A stretch of 24,554 nt of DNA from positions 1 to 24,554 of the forward strand of contig JAYVCD010000132.1 in NCBI GenBank assembly GCA_043750125.1, written 5' to 3'. The position numbers and the translations under genes are program-made. The notes below the pieces were generated by a model. That model made no database searches and was not told the DNA's origin. It worked only from the letters and a program-made list of their open reading frames with translations. This DNA comes from Archangiaceae bacterium (GTDB lineage Bacteria > Myxococcota > Myxococcia > Myxococcales > Myxococcaceae). The stretch's first letter is position 1; every line of letters starts with the position of its first letter. Positions 16,099 through 24,316 of this stretch are shown one piece after another.

Positions 16099-16380
16099 CT
16101 ACTTCTTCTGTCTGGCTTCGTGCTCCTGCTTGAGCGCGAACACGAAGTTGAGGACCTCGGCGACGGCGTCGTAGAGGTCTTCAGGCACTTCCTGGCCGAC
16201 CTCGACGCGGTACAGCGCGTTGGCCAAGGCGACGTTTCGCATCACCGGAATGTTGAATTGCTTGGCGATCTCGCGAAGCTTTTCGGCCTTCAGGCGCAAG
16301 CCCTTCGCGATCACCCGAGGTGCGTTGTCCTTCTCGCGGTCGTACTTGATGGCGATCGCTACGTCGGTGTCTTCAGCCAC
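16099..16380 (-). CDS. Stand-alone FlhB/SctU C-terminal (CC) domain protein (FlhX/HP1575-like)
   Basis: VAIAIKYD...APRVIAKG...EVPEDLYDAVAEVL. Start GTG 16380 is preferred over 16389 because an extended -10 box lies 7 nt upstream. Confidence 0.9.
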   Translation of the reverse strand: MAEDTDVAIAIKYDREKDNAPRVIAKGLRLKAEKLREIAKQFNIPVMRNVALANALYRVEVGQEVPEDLYDAVAEVLNFVFALKQEHEARQKK

Positions 16381-16400
16381 GAGCGGCACGGTACCACCCG

Positions 16401-17477
16401 TCAGGCGTGGGCCGGAAGCTCGGGACCATTCTTCAATTGGTAGACGAAGTTGAGGACCTCTGCCACCGCGTCGTAGAGCTCTTCAGGAACTTCCTGATTC
16501 ACGTCGATGCGCAGCAGCGCATGCGCCAGCGGCACGTTGCGCAACAGGGGGACATTGGCAGCGCGTGCCACTTCCCGAAGCGCTTCCGCCCGGGCATTGA
16601 TGCCTTTGGCGATCACCCGCGGAGCTCCATCGTGTTGTTTGTCGTACTTGATCGCGATTGCAACGTGGTCGGGGTTGGTCACGATCACGTCGGCACTCTT
16701 GGCCGCATCCATCTGCGCGCCTTCCATCAGCTCGTGAGCCAATTCTTTGCGCTTCTGCTTGTGATGCGGGTCGCCTTCGCTTTCTTTGTATTCCTTCTTC
16801 ACGTCCTCCTTCGTCATCATCAAATCTTTCATGTACGACTTCCGCTTCAAGAAGACGTCGACGATCGCGAACGCAAACAGCAGCAGCCCGACGCGAACGG
16901 AGACCCGATAGACCAGCTCGCCCATCACCCGCATCGTGTTTTCTACGTCGCTGCGAATCGTTGCCACCACGATCCCCATCGCGTCGCGCACCACCCCGTA
17001 GACCACGTAGCCGGTGATGCCCATCTTCCCCATCGACATCACCATCTCGATGAGCTGCTTCTTCGAGAACAGGTTTTTGAAGCCCTTCAGCGGGTCGAGC
17101 TTCTCGAGCTTGGGGACGAGGGGGTCGATGGTGAAGTTGGCCCCAATCTGAATGAACTCGACGAGCCCACCGATGATCGCGCAAGAGAACGCGATCGGAA
17201 CCGAGAGGATCATCACGTCCATCAGCCCGATCATCATCGCGTTGGACGTGGATCGTTCGAGGTCCACCGGGTTCGTCATGTGGTCGATGGTGAAAGCGAA
17301 GAGCTCTCTGATCTTCGTCTCGAAATTCGGCCAGGTCGCCTTCACTACGCCCAGGCCGACCAGGAAGACGAAGACCCCGGTGAGATCCTTGCTCTTGGGG
17401 ACGTTGCCTTGCTTGCGGGCGTCCTGAATCTTTTTTTCTGACGGCTCTTCTGTTTTTTCTCCGCCTTCATCTGCCAC
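16401..17477 (-). CDS. sctU: T3SS export apparatus switch protein SctU (FlhB/YscU)
   Basis: EKTEEPS.KK..DAR..G.VPKSKD, four TM segments, MTKEDVKKEYKESEGDP, autocleavage site VTNPDH. Confidence 0.96.
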   Translation of the reverse strand: MADEGGEKTEEPSEKKIQDARKQGNVPKSKDLTGVFVFLVGLGVVKATWPNFETKIRELFAFTIDHMTNPVDLERSTSNAMMIGLMDVMILSVPIAFSCAIIGGLVEFIQIGANFTIDPLVPKLEKLDPLKGFKNLFSKKQLIEMVMSMGKMGITGYVVYGVVRDAMGIVVATIRSDVENTMRVMGELVYRVSVRVGLLLFAFAIVDVFLKRKSYMKDLMMTKEDVKKEYKESEGDPHHKQKRKELAHELMEGAQMDAAKSADVIVTNPDHVAIAIKYDKQHDGAPRVIAKGINARAEALREVARAANVPLLRNVPLAHALLRIDVNQEVPEELYDAVAEVLNFVYQLKNGPELPAHA

Positions 17478-17480
17478 GAG

Positions 17481-18311
17481 TCACCCGAGCAACCAGATGG
17501 CTTTGCGGAGCACCAGGAACATGTGACCGAACTCTTCCCGGCCTCGCAAGAGAATGAGGTGCAGCGAGGTGAAGAGCACCAGCACCGTCACGGCGGGCTT
17601 GATTTGCATCGAGATGAAGAACACCTGCACCTGGGGAGCGACTCGGTTGATCATGCCCAGGGCCAGGTCGGTGAGAAACGTCGCCAGCAGCACCGGGGCC
17701 GAGATGGCGAGCGCGACCCGCAGCAGATCTGCGAACACCCGAATCATCAAGTCGAAGAAGGGCCACATTCCGTGGGAAAACTTCGGGAAGCTGTCCAGAG
17801 GAATGGTCTGAAAGCTGTCGCCAATGGCAAAAATCACCAGGTGGTGGCCGTTGAGAGTCAGAAACAGAGTGATGAAGATCTGAAGCTTGAGCGCGGCGTA
17901 AAGCGAGACGGCTTGCCCGATCGCCGGAACCTGCATTTGCGCCGAGTTGGTACCCGACATGTTGTCCATCAGCTGGCCGCCCGCCGCAGCTGCATCGAAG
18001 ACCCGTCCGACGATGAAGGCGATGGTGTACCCGACGAACAGTTCCTTGAGCAGCAGCACCAAGAACACCATCGGCTCGACCGAGATGTACTGAACCCGAT
18101 CTGCGACCGTGGGGAAGATCACCAGCGCGATGATCAGCGCCAGACCCAGCTTCACTTCGACCGGAGACGCCTCGCCCCCGATCATCGGAGTGAGGATGAT
18201 GGTCGGCAAGATTCGCAGCAACAACAACGCCATCGTCACCAGGATGTGCGTGAAGTCGGCCTGGAAGCCGAGCTCGGCGCGCATCTGCAAGAGGACGTCG
18301 GCGATCGTCAT
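17481..18311 (-). CDS. sctT: T3SS export apparatus protein SctT (FliR)
   Basis: LLRI.....P, KELFVG, G..MD...G, LNGHH, DLALGMINRVAPQVQVFFISMQIK. Start ATG 18311 (ATGA overlap with sctS). Confidence 0.95.
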   Translation of the reverse strand: MTIADVLLQMRAELGFQADFTHILVTMALLLLRILPTIILTPMIGGEASPVEVKLGLALIIALVIFPTVADRVQYISVEPMVFLVLLLKELFVGYTIAFIVGRVFDAAAAGGQLMDNMSGTNSAQMQVPAIGQAVSLYAALKLQIFITLFLTLNGHHLVIFAIGDSFQTIPLDSFPKFSHGMWPFFDLMIRVFADLLRVALAISAPVLLATFLTDLALGMINRVAPQVQVFFISMQIKPAVTVLVLFTSLHLILLRGREEFGHMFLVLRKAIWLLG

Positions 18312-18574
18312 CTGCCGATCAATTGCGGGAAACGGTCGTAGATGTGGAACGTGAATCGCACCAGCTGAGATCCGATCCACGCGCCCGAGAGGCCGAGCAC
18401 GCCGAAGACGACCACCACCTTCGGGGCAAAGGACAGCGTCTGTTCTTGAATCTGTGTCGTGGCCTGGAACACCGAAACCATGAAGCCCACCACCAGGCTC
18501 ATCACCACCGGGGGCCCAGAGGCGATCAACACCAGGAACAACGCTTCCTGCGTGATGTAGGTGATTTGTTGCAT
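18308..18574 (-). CDS. sctS: T3SS export apparatus protein SctS (FliQ)
   Basis: VSVFQATTQIQEQTLSFAPK signature. Confidence 0.96.
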   Translation of the reverse strand: MQQITYITQEALFLVLIASGPPVVMSLVVGFMVSVFQATTQIQEQTLSFAPKVVVVFGVLGLSGAWIGSQLVRFTFHIYDRFPQLIGR

Positions 18575-18586
18575 CGGGCGCGCTCC

Positions 18587-19393
18587 TTAGAGGTAACCGA
18601 CCACGAGTCCCTTCGAGATCAGGTACCAGCCGTCAATCATCACGAAAAGCAACAGCTTGAACGGCATCGAGATCGTGGTGGGAGAGAGCATCTGCATCCC
18701 CAGGGCGAGCAGAATGTTCGCCACCACGATGTCGATCACGATGAAGGGCACGAACAGCAGAAAACCGATCTGAAAGGCCTCCTTCAGCTCAGAGATCACA
18801 AACGCAGGCACGAGGATCAGGAAGTCCTTGTCTTCAATGCCTTGTCGGTCTTCGGCTTTTCGCATCTTCAGCGCCAGGCTGAAGAACAATGACCGGTCTT
18901 TCGTGGTCACCTTCTTCATCAAGAACGCACGCAGGGGTTCCTTGGCTCGCTTCGCAGCCTCGAACATCTGATCGATGTTCTTGGAGTCCATCAGACCTTC
19001 TTTGTTTCGGAAGCCATCTGCATCGGCGACCCGGTACATTTCCTGCCCCACGGGAGCCATGATGTAGACGGTGAGGATGATCGCCAGGCCGGTGATCACC
19101 TGCGTCGGCGGAATCTGCTGCGTGCCCATCGCAGTGCGCACGATCGAGAGCACGACTGAAATCTTCACGAAGCTGGTCACCATCATCAACGCAAACGGGG
19201 CCAGGCCCAGCGCCGCAAGCGCAATCATCAACACCAGAGGGCGACTGGAGATCGAGTCGGCCCCGATCGGGTTGGCCGGCATCTGCTCGGCTTTGGGGGT
19301 AATCACCTTGGCGAAGGCGATCGCGGGGGTGAGCAGGGTCACCAGCGTAAAGAACCAGAGCGTCAACCGCAGCCGGGGGGGCAAGCGCCTCAT
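18587..19393 (-). CDS. sctR: T3SS export apparatus protein SctR (FliP)
   Basis: TSFVKISVVLSIVRTAMGTQQIPP, PAFVISELKEAFQIGF, LGMQMLSP..ISMPFKLLLFV..DGW. Confidence 0.97.
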   Translation of the reverse strand: MRRLPPRLRLTLWFFTLVTLLTPAIAFAKVITPKAEQMPANPIGADSISSRPLVLMIALAALGLAPFALMMVTSFVKISVVLSIVRTAMGTQQIPPTQVITGLAIILTVYIMAPVGQEMYRVADADGFRNKEGLMDSKNIDQMFEAAKRAKEPLRAFLMKKVTTKDRSLFFSLALKMRKAEDRQGIEDKDFLILVPAFVISELKEAFQIGFLLFVPFIVIDIVVANILLALGMQMLSPTTISMPFKLLLFVMIDGWYLISKGLVVGYL

Positions 19394-19971
19394 GAGGGGT
19401 CTCCTGGCGCGGGAGCGGCGGGATCTTCTCGACGCTTGAGCAGCTTCTGAAGGAAAGGGCTGAGCGCAATTCCCGGCAGCCGCTGCAGCCGCAGCTTTTC
19501 GACTTCTGGCGCGTCGAGCTTGGCGATCAGCTGCAACGAACCGTCCCCCCCGCCGATCAGCAGGTACTCGCCAGCGGCCTTGACGACGAACATCGCTCGC
19601 TTCTGATCAAGAGGAATACGTTCGACGACCTGCACGACGGCCTGACCGCGGGGGACCGCTGAGATCCCCATCAACCGACGCAGGCCAAAATTCAGCGTGA
19701 CGTAGATCACCATGATGATGAAGCCGAGAACGACGAAGGTGCGCACCAGGGTCCAACCGAGGTTCAATTCTTCGACGGGCGCTGCATCGGGTGGCTCGAC
19801 TCGGGCGAGCTGAACGTCGGCCCCCGGTGGCTTGAGCTCGGCCTTGGGTGGGGGCTGCGAAACGGAACCGGCAGCGGCAGCTGGCGCCGAAACGGGAACT
19901 TCTTCAGCGGCCACCGCCGGAACGCTGCTGAGGAAACCCAAGAGGGTCAAGAGAACTGCGGCACGACTCAT
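19390..19971 (-). CDS. fliO: FliO/FliZ-like export-gate assembly protein
   Basis: Signal-like N-terminus, TM helix, then VQVVERIPLDQKRAMFVVKAAGEYLLIG (FliO domain); located between sctQ and sctR as fliO is between fliN and fliP. Start ATG 19971. Confidence 0.85.
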   Translation of the reverse strand: MSRAAVLLTLLGFLSSVPAVAAEEVPVSAPAAAAGSVSQPPPKAELKPPGADVQLARVEPPDAAPVEELNLGWTLVRTFVVLGFIIMVIYVTLNFGLRRLMGISAVPRGQAVVQVVERIPLDQKRAMFVVKAAGEYLLIGGGDGSLQLIAKLDAPEVEKLRLQRLPGIALSPFLQKLLKRREDPAAPAPGDPS

Positions 19972-20028
19972 TGAGGCGCAGACGGTAGTCAATCTGCGCG
20001 CACATGACCACGATGCACACCAGAAGTA

Positions 20029-20283
20029 CTACCCGGCAAGCGAGAGCACGCGCACGCCGAGGTTCCCTTCGATTTCGACCAATTCTCCGCGGGCCACGAT
20101 TTTCCCGTTCACCGACAAATCGAGCGGTTCTCCCGGCATTCGGTTGAGGTCGATGACCAACCCGACCTTCAACGACACCACTTCCTCCGCACTGACGGGC
20201 ACCCGCGCGAGCTCGACCGAAATCTGGAGCGGAATGTCGTTGAGCAGCTCTGCGCCTTCCTGACTCTTGAGCGTGTCTTCCAC
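20029..20283 (-). CDS. Putative internally translated SctQ-C (FliN-like, 84 aa)
   Basis: In-frame GTG at 20283 preceded by GAGGAAGGA 5 nt upstream, just before SpoA2. Confidence 0.65.
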   Translation of the reverse strand: MEDTLKSQEGAELLNDIPLQISVELARVPVSAEEVVSLKVGLVIDLNRMPGEPLDLSVNGKIVARGELVEIEGNLGVRVLSLAG

Positions 20284-21480
20284 TTGGTTCCTTCCTCGTT
20301 TGTCGAGCCCAGGACTGGTCGATTCCTCGACTTTCATCCCCAGGCCCTCGGTCGCCATCGATTCGTTCGCCCCGCCCTCGCCTCTGTCTTCCGAACCGGC
20401 TTCGGGGTTGGGCTCCGGCTCGCCGGTGAGCATCTGCCCCCCCTCGCCCATCGTGAACCCGGTGACCCTCGCTTTGAAGCGGTTGCCCTCGAGAATGATC
20501 TCGGCGTCCAGGTACCCTGCCCGGCCCAGACCGACCCGAAGCCTGGCCACTCCGCCTTCCCCCTTGTCGGGACGGGCAGTCAGCTCTTCAATCAAGATCA
20601 CGTCGCGCTCGCGCAGCTCGGACAGATCGGCGCTCGAAATGGCCATCTGGCCGATCTCGGCACGCAGCCAATTCTTCACCGTCGACAGACGCTTGATGTT
20701 CGCCCGGGCCTGAGAACTTCGTCGCGCCTTTCTGATTGCCGAATCGGGAGGAGGGTTCGCCGTGGCGAGCACAGAAGCTGGAATGAACAGCCGCACGTAA
20801 CCCGAATGCTGCCCGAAGACCGCCTTCAGCTGCACCACTGCCAGGTGCGTTTCGTCACCGAGCAACTGCATGGCTTCGTCGAAGCCGCGGCAGATGCCTT
20901 CCAGCCGAAGCCGGGGCAATGAAGGGTCCAGGCTTGGGGCCAGCGCCTTCAGAGTTTCGATCAGCACGTACCCCATCACCCCTTCCTCAATGTCGGTCAA
21001 CGGGCGCAGGGACACCGCTTCGCCGGAACCTCCCAGCAGCATGTCGATCGCGATGTGCGCCAGGCCAACCTCGACTTCGAGGAAGCCGCGCGTCTTGTTG
21101 GGCTGAGGAGCGAGCACCGCAAGAAAGGTCGGCTCGCCCACGTAGCGCCGCAGGTTCTTGGGGGTGACGACGTGGACGTACTCGGTCGCCAATGAAACAT
21201 CTTCTTCGAACAGCTCACGAAGGCGCTGACGCACGCTCTCACTGACGTGCCCATCGGCGCCAATGCCGGGGAGCATCCACTCGAGGCGACGGGCCAGCTG
21301 CTGTTGAAGGCGAGAAATCTTCTCGAGGTTGGTGAACCGAAAGGGCTTCCACGCCCGCACGGGTGACTGCGACGAGCCCAACGGCCGCTGTGGGCGGCGC
21401 TCGATCAACGAGGTGTCGATCATCATCGTCCGTTCGTGCTGCGCTTTTTTGGGAGGCGCCTTCGGAGGAGGAGGATTCAA
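20029..21480 (-). CDS. sctQ: T3SS cytoplasmic ring protein SctQ (FliM/FliN-like)
   Basis: FliM-middle-like region (IDMLLGG...RPLTDIE), SpoA1 (LRAEIGQ..IS..DL..L...DVI) and SpoA2 (DIPLQISVELAR...VNGKIVARGELVEIEGNLGVRV). Confidence 0.92.
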   Translation of the reverse strand: MNPPPPKAPPKKAQHERTMMIDTSLIERRPQRPLGSSQSPVRAWKPFRFTNLEKISRLQQQLARRLEWMLPGIGADGHVSESVRQRLRELFEEDVSLATEYVHVVTPKNLRRYVGEPTFLAVLAPQPNKTRGFLEVEVGLAHIAIDMLLGGSGEAVSLRPLTDIEEGVMGYVLIETLKALAPSLDPSLPRLRLEGICRGFDEAMQLLGDETHLAVVQLKAVFGQHSGYVRLFIPASVLATANPPPDSAIRKARRSSQARANIKRLSTVKNWLRAEIGQMAISSADLSELRERDVILIEELTARPDKGEGGVARLRVGLGRAGYLDAEIILEGNRFKARVTGFTMGEGGQMLTGEPEPNPEAGSEDRGEGGANESMATEGLGMKVEESTSPGLDKRGRNQVEDTLKSQEGAELLNDIPLQISVELARVPVSAEEVVSLKVGLVIDLNRMPGEPLDLSVNGKIVARGELVEIEGNLGVRVLSLAG

Positions 21481-22484
21481 ACCTTCGCCTCGGTCTTCAG
21501 CGTCTCGAGCGTGAGGCCCCGCGCGCTCAGTGCGCTCTTCAGCGTTTCAGACTGTTCTTCGAGCAGCTTCAACACGTCGCGATCTGCGCCCGAAAACACC
21601 GCCGTAATTTTCCCGTTCTTCGACGAGACCTTGACCGACATGCCGCCCAGCACTTCGCTCTTCAAGTCGATTTGAAATTCCATCTTGCCCAGCGCATTGG
21701 TCCCCACTCGAACCCGCTCGACGATCTTCTGGGCGATTTCCGCGGCCGCCTTGCGCAGGCGGTCCGAGCTTTGGGTCTCGTTCTTCTTTTGGATGGAGAC
21801 CGGGGCCATCAAGGCGGGATTGAAGCGAAAGCTGGCTGCAGCCATGGGCTCGCTTCCCTTGTCCTTGCCCCCCTGTTGGCCTCCTTTGTCACTGTCGGCC
21901 TTCAAGTCTCCTTTTTCTGCTCGCGCTCCGCCGCTTGCGCTTCCCGCCTTCGACGCGGTGCTGTCCGAGCTTTCTTTTCGGTCGTCCAACCGGGCATGGG
22001 TGGTCTGGGCATCCTGACTGCGACCTTCGCTGCGAGAGGCACCGCTGAGTTGATCGGCCCAGAGCGCCGAACGGCTCTGCATCTGGCCCTGCTCGCCCGA
22101 TTCTTTTACGCGGCCGCCGGCAGCCGATTCCGAGGTGGCCGACTGCTTGACCTTGTCGTCGAAGCTCTTCGAACCCATTCGGGCCTGGGTATGGGTGGTG
22201 TCCTGCCGCCGGCCTTCCTGGGTTCCGCCTTCGACTGCTTTCGCATCGGACTCGCCGAGCATCTGGGCGATCGCACTCCGAGCGCTGTTGGAAGACTCCT
22301 GCGTCTTGGCGCTCGCCCGCTGCCCCGTCAGTTGCTGCTGGGCCGTCTTTTGCCCCAGAACGAGCTTCGAAAAGGTCGACGCGGCGCCCGCCTTGTCTTT
22401 GCTGCGGCTCTCTTCGGTGCGCTTGGCGAGGGCCAGGCGTTCGGCGACCCGGGCAGCATCGCGATCGTCATCGACCCGACTCAT
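21477..22484 (-). CDS. sctP: Needle/hook length control (ruler) protein SctP/FliK
   Basis: Low-complexity S/G/A/Q/K N-terminal two-thirds; C-terminal T3S4-like domain (FQIDLKSEVLGGMSVKVS..NGKITAVF....L...L.ARGL); position between sctO and sctQ. Confidence 0.8.
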   Translation of the reverse strand: MSRVDDDRDAARVAERLALAKRTEESRSKDKAGAASTFSKLVLGQKTAQQQLTGQRASAKTQESSNSARSAIAQMLGESDAKAVEGGTQEGRRQDTTHTQARMGSKSFDDKVKQSATSESAAGGRVKESGEQGQMQSRSALWADQLSGASRSEGRSQDAQTTHARLDDRKESSDSTASKAGSASGGARAEKGDLKADSDKGGQQGGKDKGSEPMAAASFRFNPALMAPVSIQKKNETQSSDRLRKAAAEIAQKIVERVRVGTNALGKMEFQIDLKSEVLGGMSVKVSSKNGKITAVFSGADRDVLKLLEEQSETLKSALSARGLTLETLKTEAKV

Positions 22485-22975
22485 CCCTGCTTCCTCGAAC
22501 GAGCGAGGTGAAGAGCGTTGCCGATCTCCTCCTGGTTCATCTCTTCCTTGTCCTGCCTGATCTTGCGGGTCTCTTTGGTCCAGGTTTCCTTGTGCTTCTC
22601 GATCGCCTTTTTGTCCTTCGCCGCTTCGGCCATTTCGAAGCGGCGGGTCTCGACGAGAAGCTCGGCCTGGCGCACCGCTTCTTTCTGGCGCTCGATGTCG
22701 AGGCCTACCTGGGCCTCATCATCTTTCAGCTTCTGCTCGAAGCGGTTCATCTGGGTCATTCCCGTGGCGTACACGCCGCGCTTCATCACTTCTTCCATGT
22801 AGGCCTGCACTTTGGCTTTGCGCTCGGCCTTGCGGCGCTCGAGGTCTTCTTCCAGCTTCTTGAGCGCGACTTGTTCCACCGTGAGGGCACGCATCGCGGC
22901 AGAGAAGGCCTGCTTGGCCTCTTCTTCAGCCGCCTCTCTCATCTCGAGGAGTGTCTGCAGTCGATACGGGGGCAT
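22481..22975 (-). CDS. sctO: T3SS stalk protein SctO (FliJ-like)
   Basis: YRLQTLLEMRE..EE.A start, fully coiled-coil, EE..QEE C-terminus; directly after sctN. Confidence 0.88.
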   Translation of the reverse strand: MPPYRLQTLLEMREAAEEEAKQAFSAAMRALTVEQVALKKLEEDLERRKAERKAKVQAYMEEVMKRGVYATGMTQMNRFEQKLKDDEAQVGLDIERQKEAVRQAELLVETRRFEMAEAAKDKKAIEKHKETWTKETRKIRQDKEEMNQEEIGNALHLARSRKQG

Positions 22976-22993
22976 TGCGCCCTGAGCCTAGCT

Positions 22994-24316
22994 TCAGTTC
23001 GCGTCTTCGAACAGCGCCACCAACTGGGCCACGGTGTCCGCGTATAGGACGTTCGAGTCCGTGGGCTGCTTGAGAAAATCGATGATCGCGTCGTACTTGT
23101 CGATCGCGTAATCGGTGCGGGGGTCGGTGCCGTACTGGTAGGCGCCCAGCAAGATCAAATCGCGCTGCTTCTCGTAAGTGGCCAGAGTCTCACGCAGCTT
23201 TCCCGCGGCCTTCTTGTGCTCGGGGCTGACGATCTGGCTCATGACGCGGGACAGCGAGGCGAGGACGTCCATCGCGGGCCACTGGTTTCTCTCGCCCAGC
23301 GCGCGATTGAGAATGAAGTGGCCGTCGAGAATACCTCGCACCTCGTCGGCGATCGGCTCTTCCATGTCACCGCCGGCAACGAGGCAGGTGTAGATGGCGG
23401 TGCATTTCCCCTTCGCCGAGTTTCCCGTTCTTTCGAGAATTCGGGGAAGCATCGAAAACACGCTCGGAGGGTACCCCTGGCGAGCAGGAGGCTCACCAAT
23501 CGCCAGCCCGATCTCACGTTGAGCGCGGGCAAGCCGGGTGATGGTGTCGAGCATGAACAGGACGTTGCCCCCCCTCTCACGGAAGAATTCAGCGATGGCC
23601 GTCGCGACGAAGCCGGCTTTCAAGCGAACCAGCGAGGGCTGGTCGGAAGTCGCGCAGACCACCACCGACCGCTTGAGGCCTTCATGGCCCAGTGAATCTT
23701 CGACGAACTCGAGAACTTCGCGGCCGCGCTCACCTACCAGCGCGATCACCGCAAGCTCGGCAGTGGCGTTGCGCGCAATTTGCCCCATCAGGGTCGATTT
23801 CCCAACGCCCGAGCCTGCGAAGAGCCCGATGCGCTGGCCTTCTCCTACGGTCAACAACCCGTCGATGCAGCGAACCCCCAACGACAGCGGATGCTCGATG
23901 CGCTTGCGCGTATAGGGGTCGGGACAATCGCGATCCACCGACCAGTCGACCATTCCTTCGGTCGGCAGCGGGCCCTTGCCGTCCATCGGTTCGCCGATTC
24001 CATTCAGTACCCGGCCCAACAGGCCGTCTCCGGCTCTGACCGTCAGCGGCTTACCGGTGGGAATGACTTCGCTGTCGGGGCCGATGCCTTTGAGCTCGCC
24101 CAACGGCATCAACATCACCTCTTCACCCTGGAAGCCGACGACTTCTGCGCGAACGTAGCCAGGCCCGCGCCCGCGGATTTCGCAGATGTCCCCCACTCGG
24201 ACGTTGGGCACCGCGGCCTTGATCACCAGCCCAGTCAGCTCGGTGACCCGGCCCCGAACGCGGACCGTCTGCGCTTCTTTGATGAGTTGGGTGTACCGCT
24301 TGAGGTCGATGGCCAC
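22994..24316 (-). CDS. sctN: T3SS ATPase SctN (FliI/YscN)
   Basis: Walker A AGSGVGKS, GERGREV, Walker B LFMLD, GEPPARQGYPPSVF, DEVRGILDGH. Confidence 0.97.
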   Translation of the reverse strand: MAIDLKRYTQLIKEAQTVRVRGRVTELTGLVIKAAVPNVRVGDICEIRGRGPGYVRAEVVGFQGEEVMLMPLGELKGIGPDSEVIPTGKPLTVRAGDGLLGRVLNGIGEPMDGKGPLPTEGMVDWSVDRDCPDPYTRKRIEHPLSLGVRCIDGLLTVGEGQRIGLFAGSGVGKSTLMGQIARNATAELAVIALVGERGREVLEFVEDSLGHEGLKRSVVVCATSDQPSLVRLKAGFVATAIAEFFRERGGNVLFMLDTITRLARAQREIGLAIGEPPARQGYPPSVFSMLPRILERTGNSAKGKCTAIYTCLVAGGDMEEPIADEVRGILDGHFILNRALGERNQWPAMDVLASLSRVMSQIVSPEHKKAAGKLRETLATYEKQRDLILLGAYQYGTDPRTDYAIDKYDAIIDFLKQPTDSNVLYADTVAQLVALFEDAN

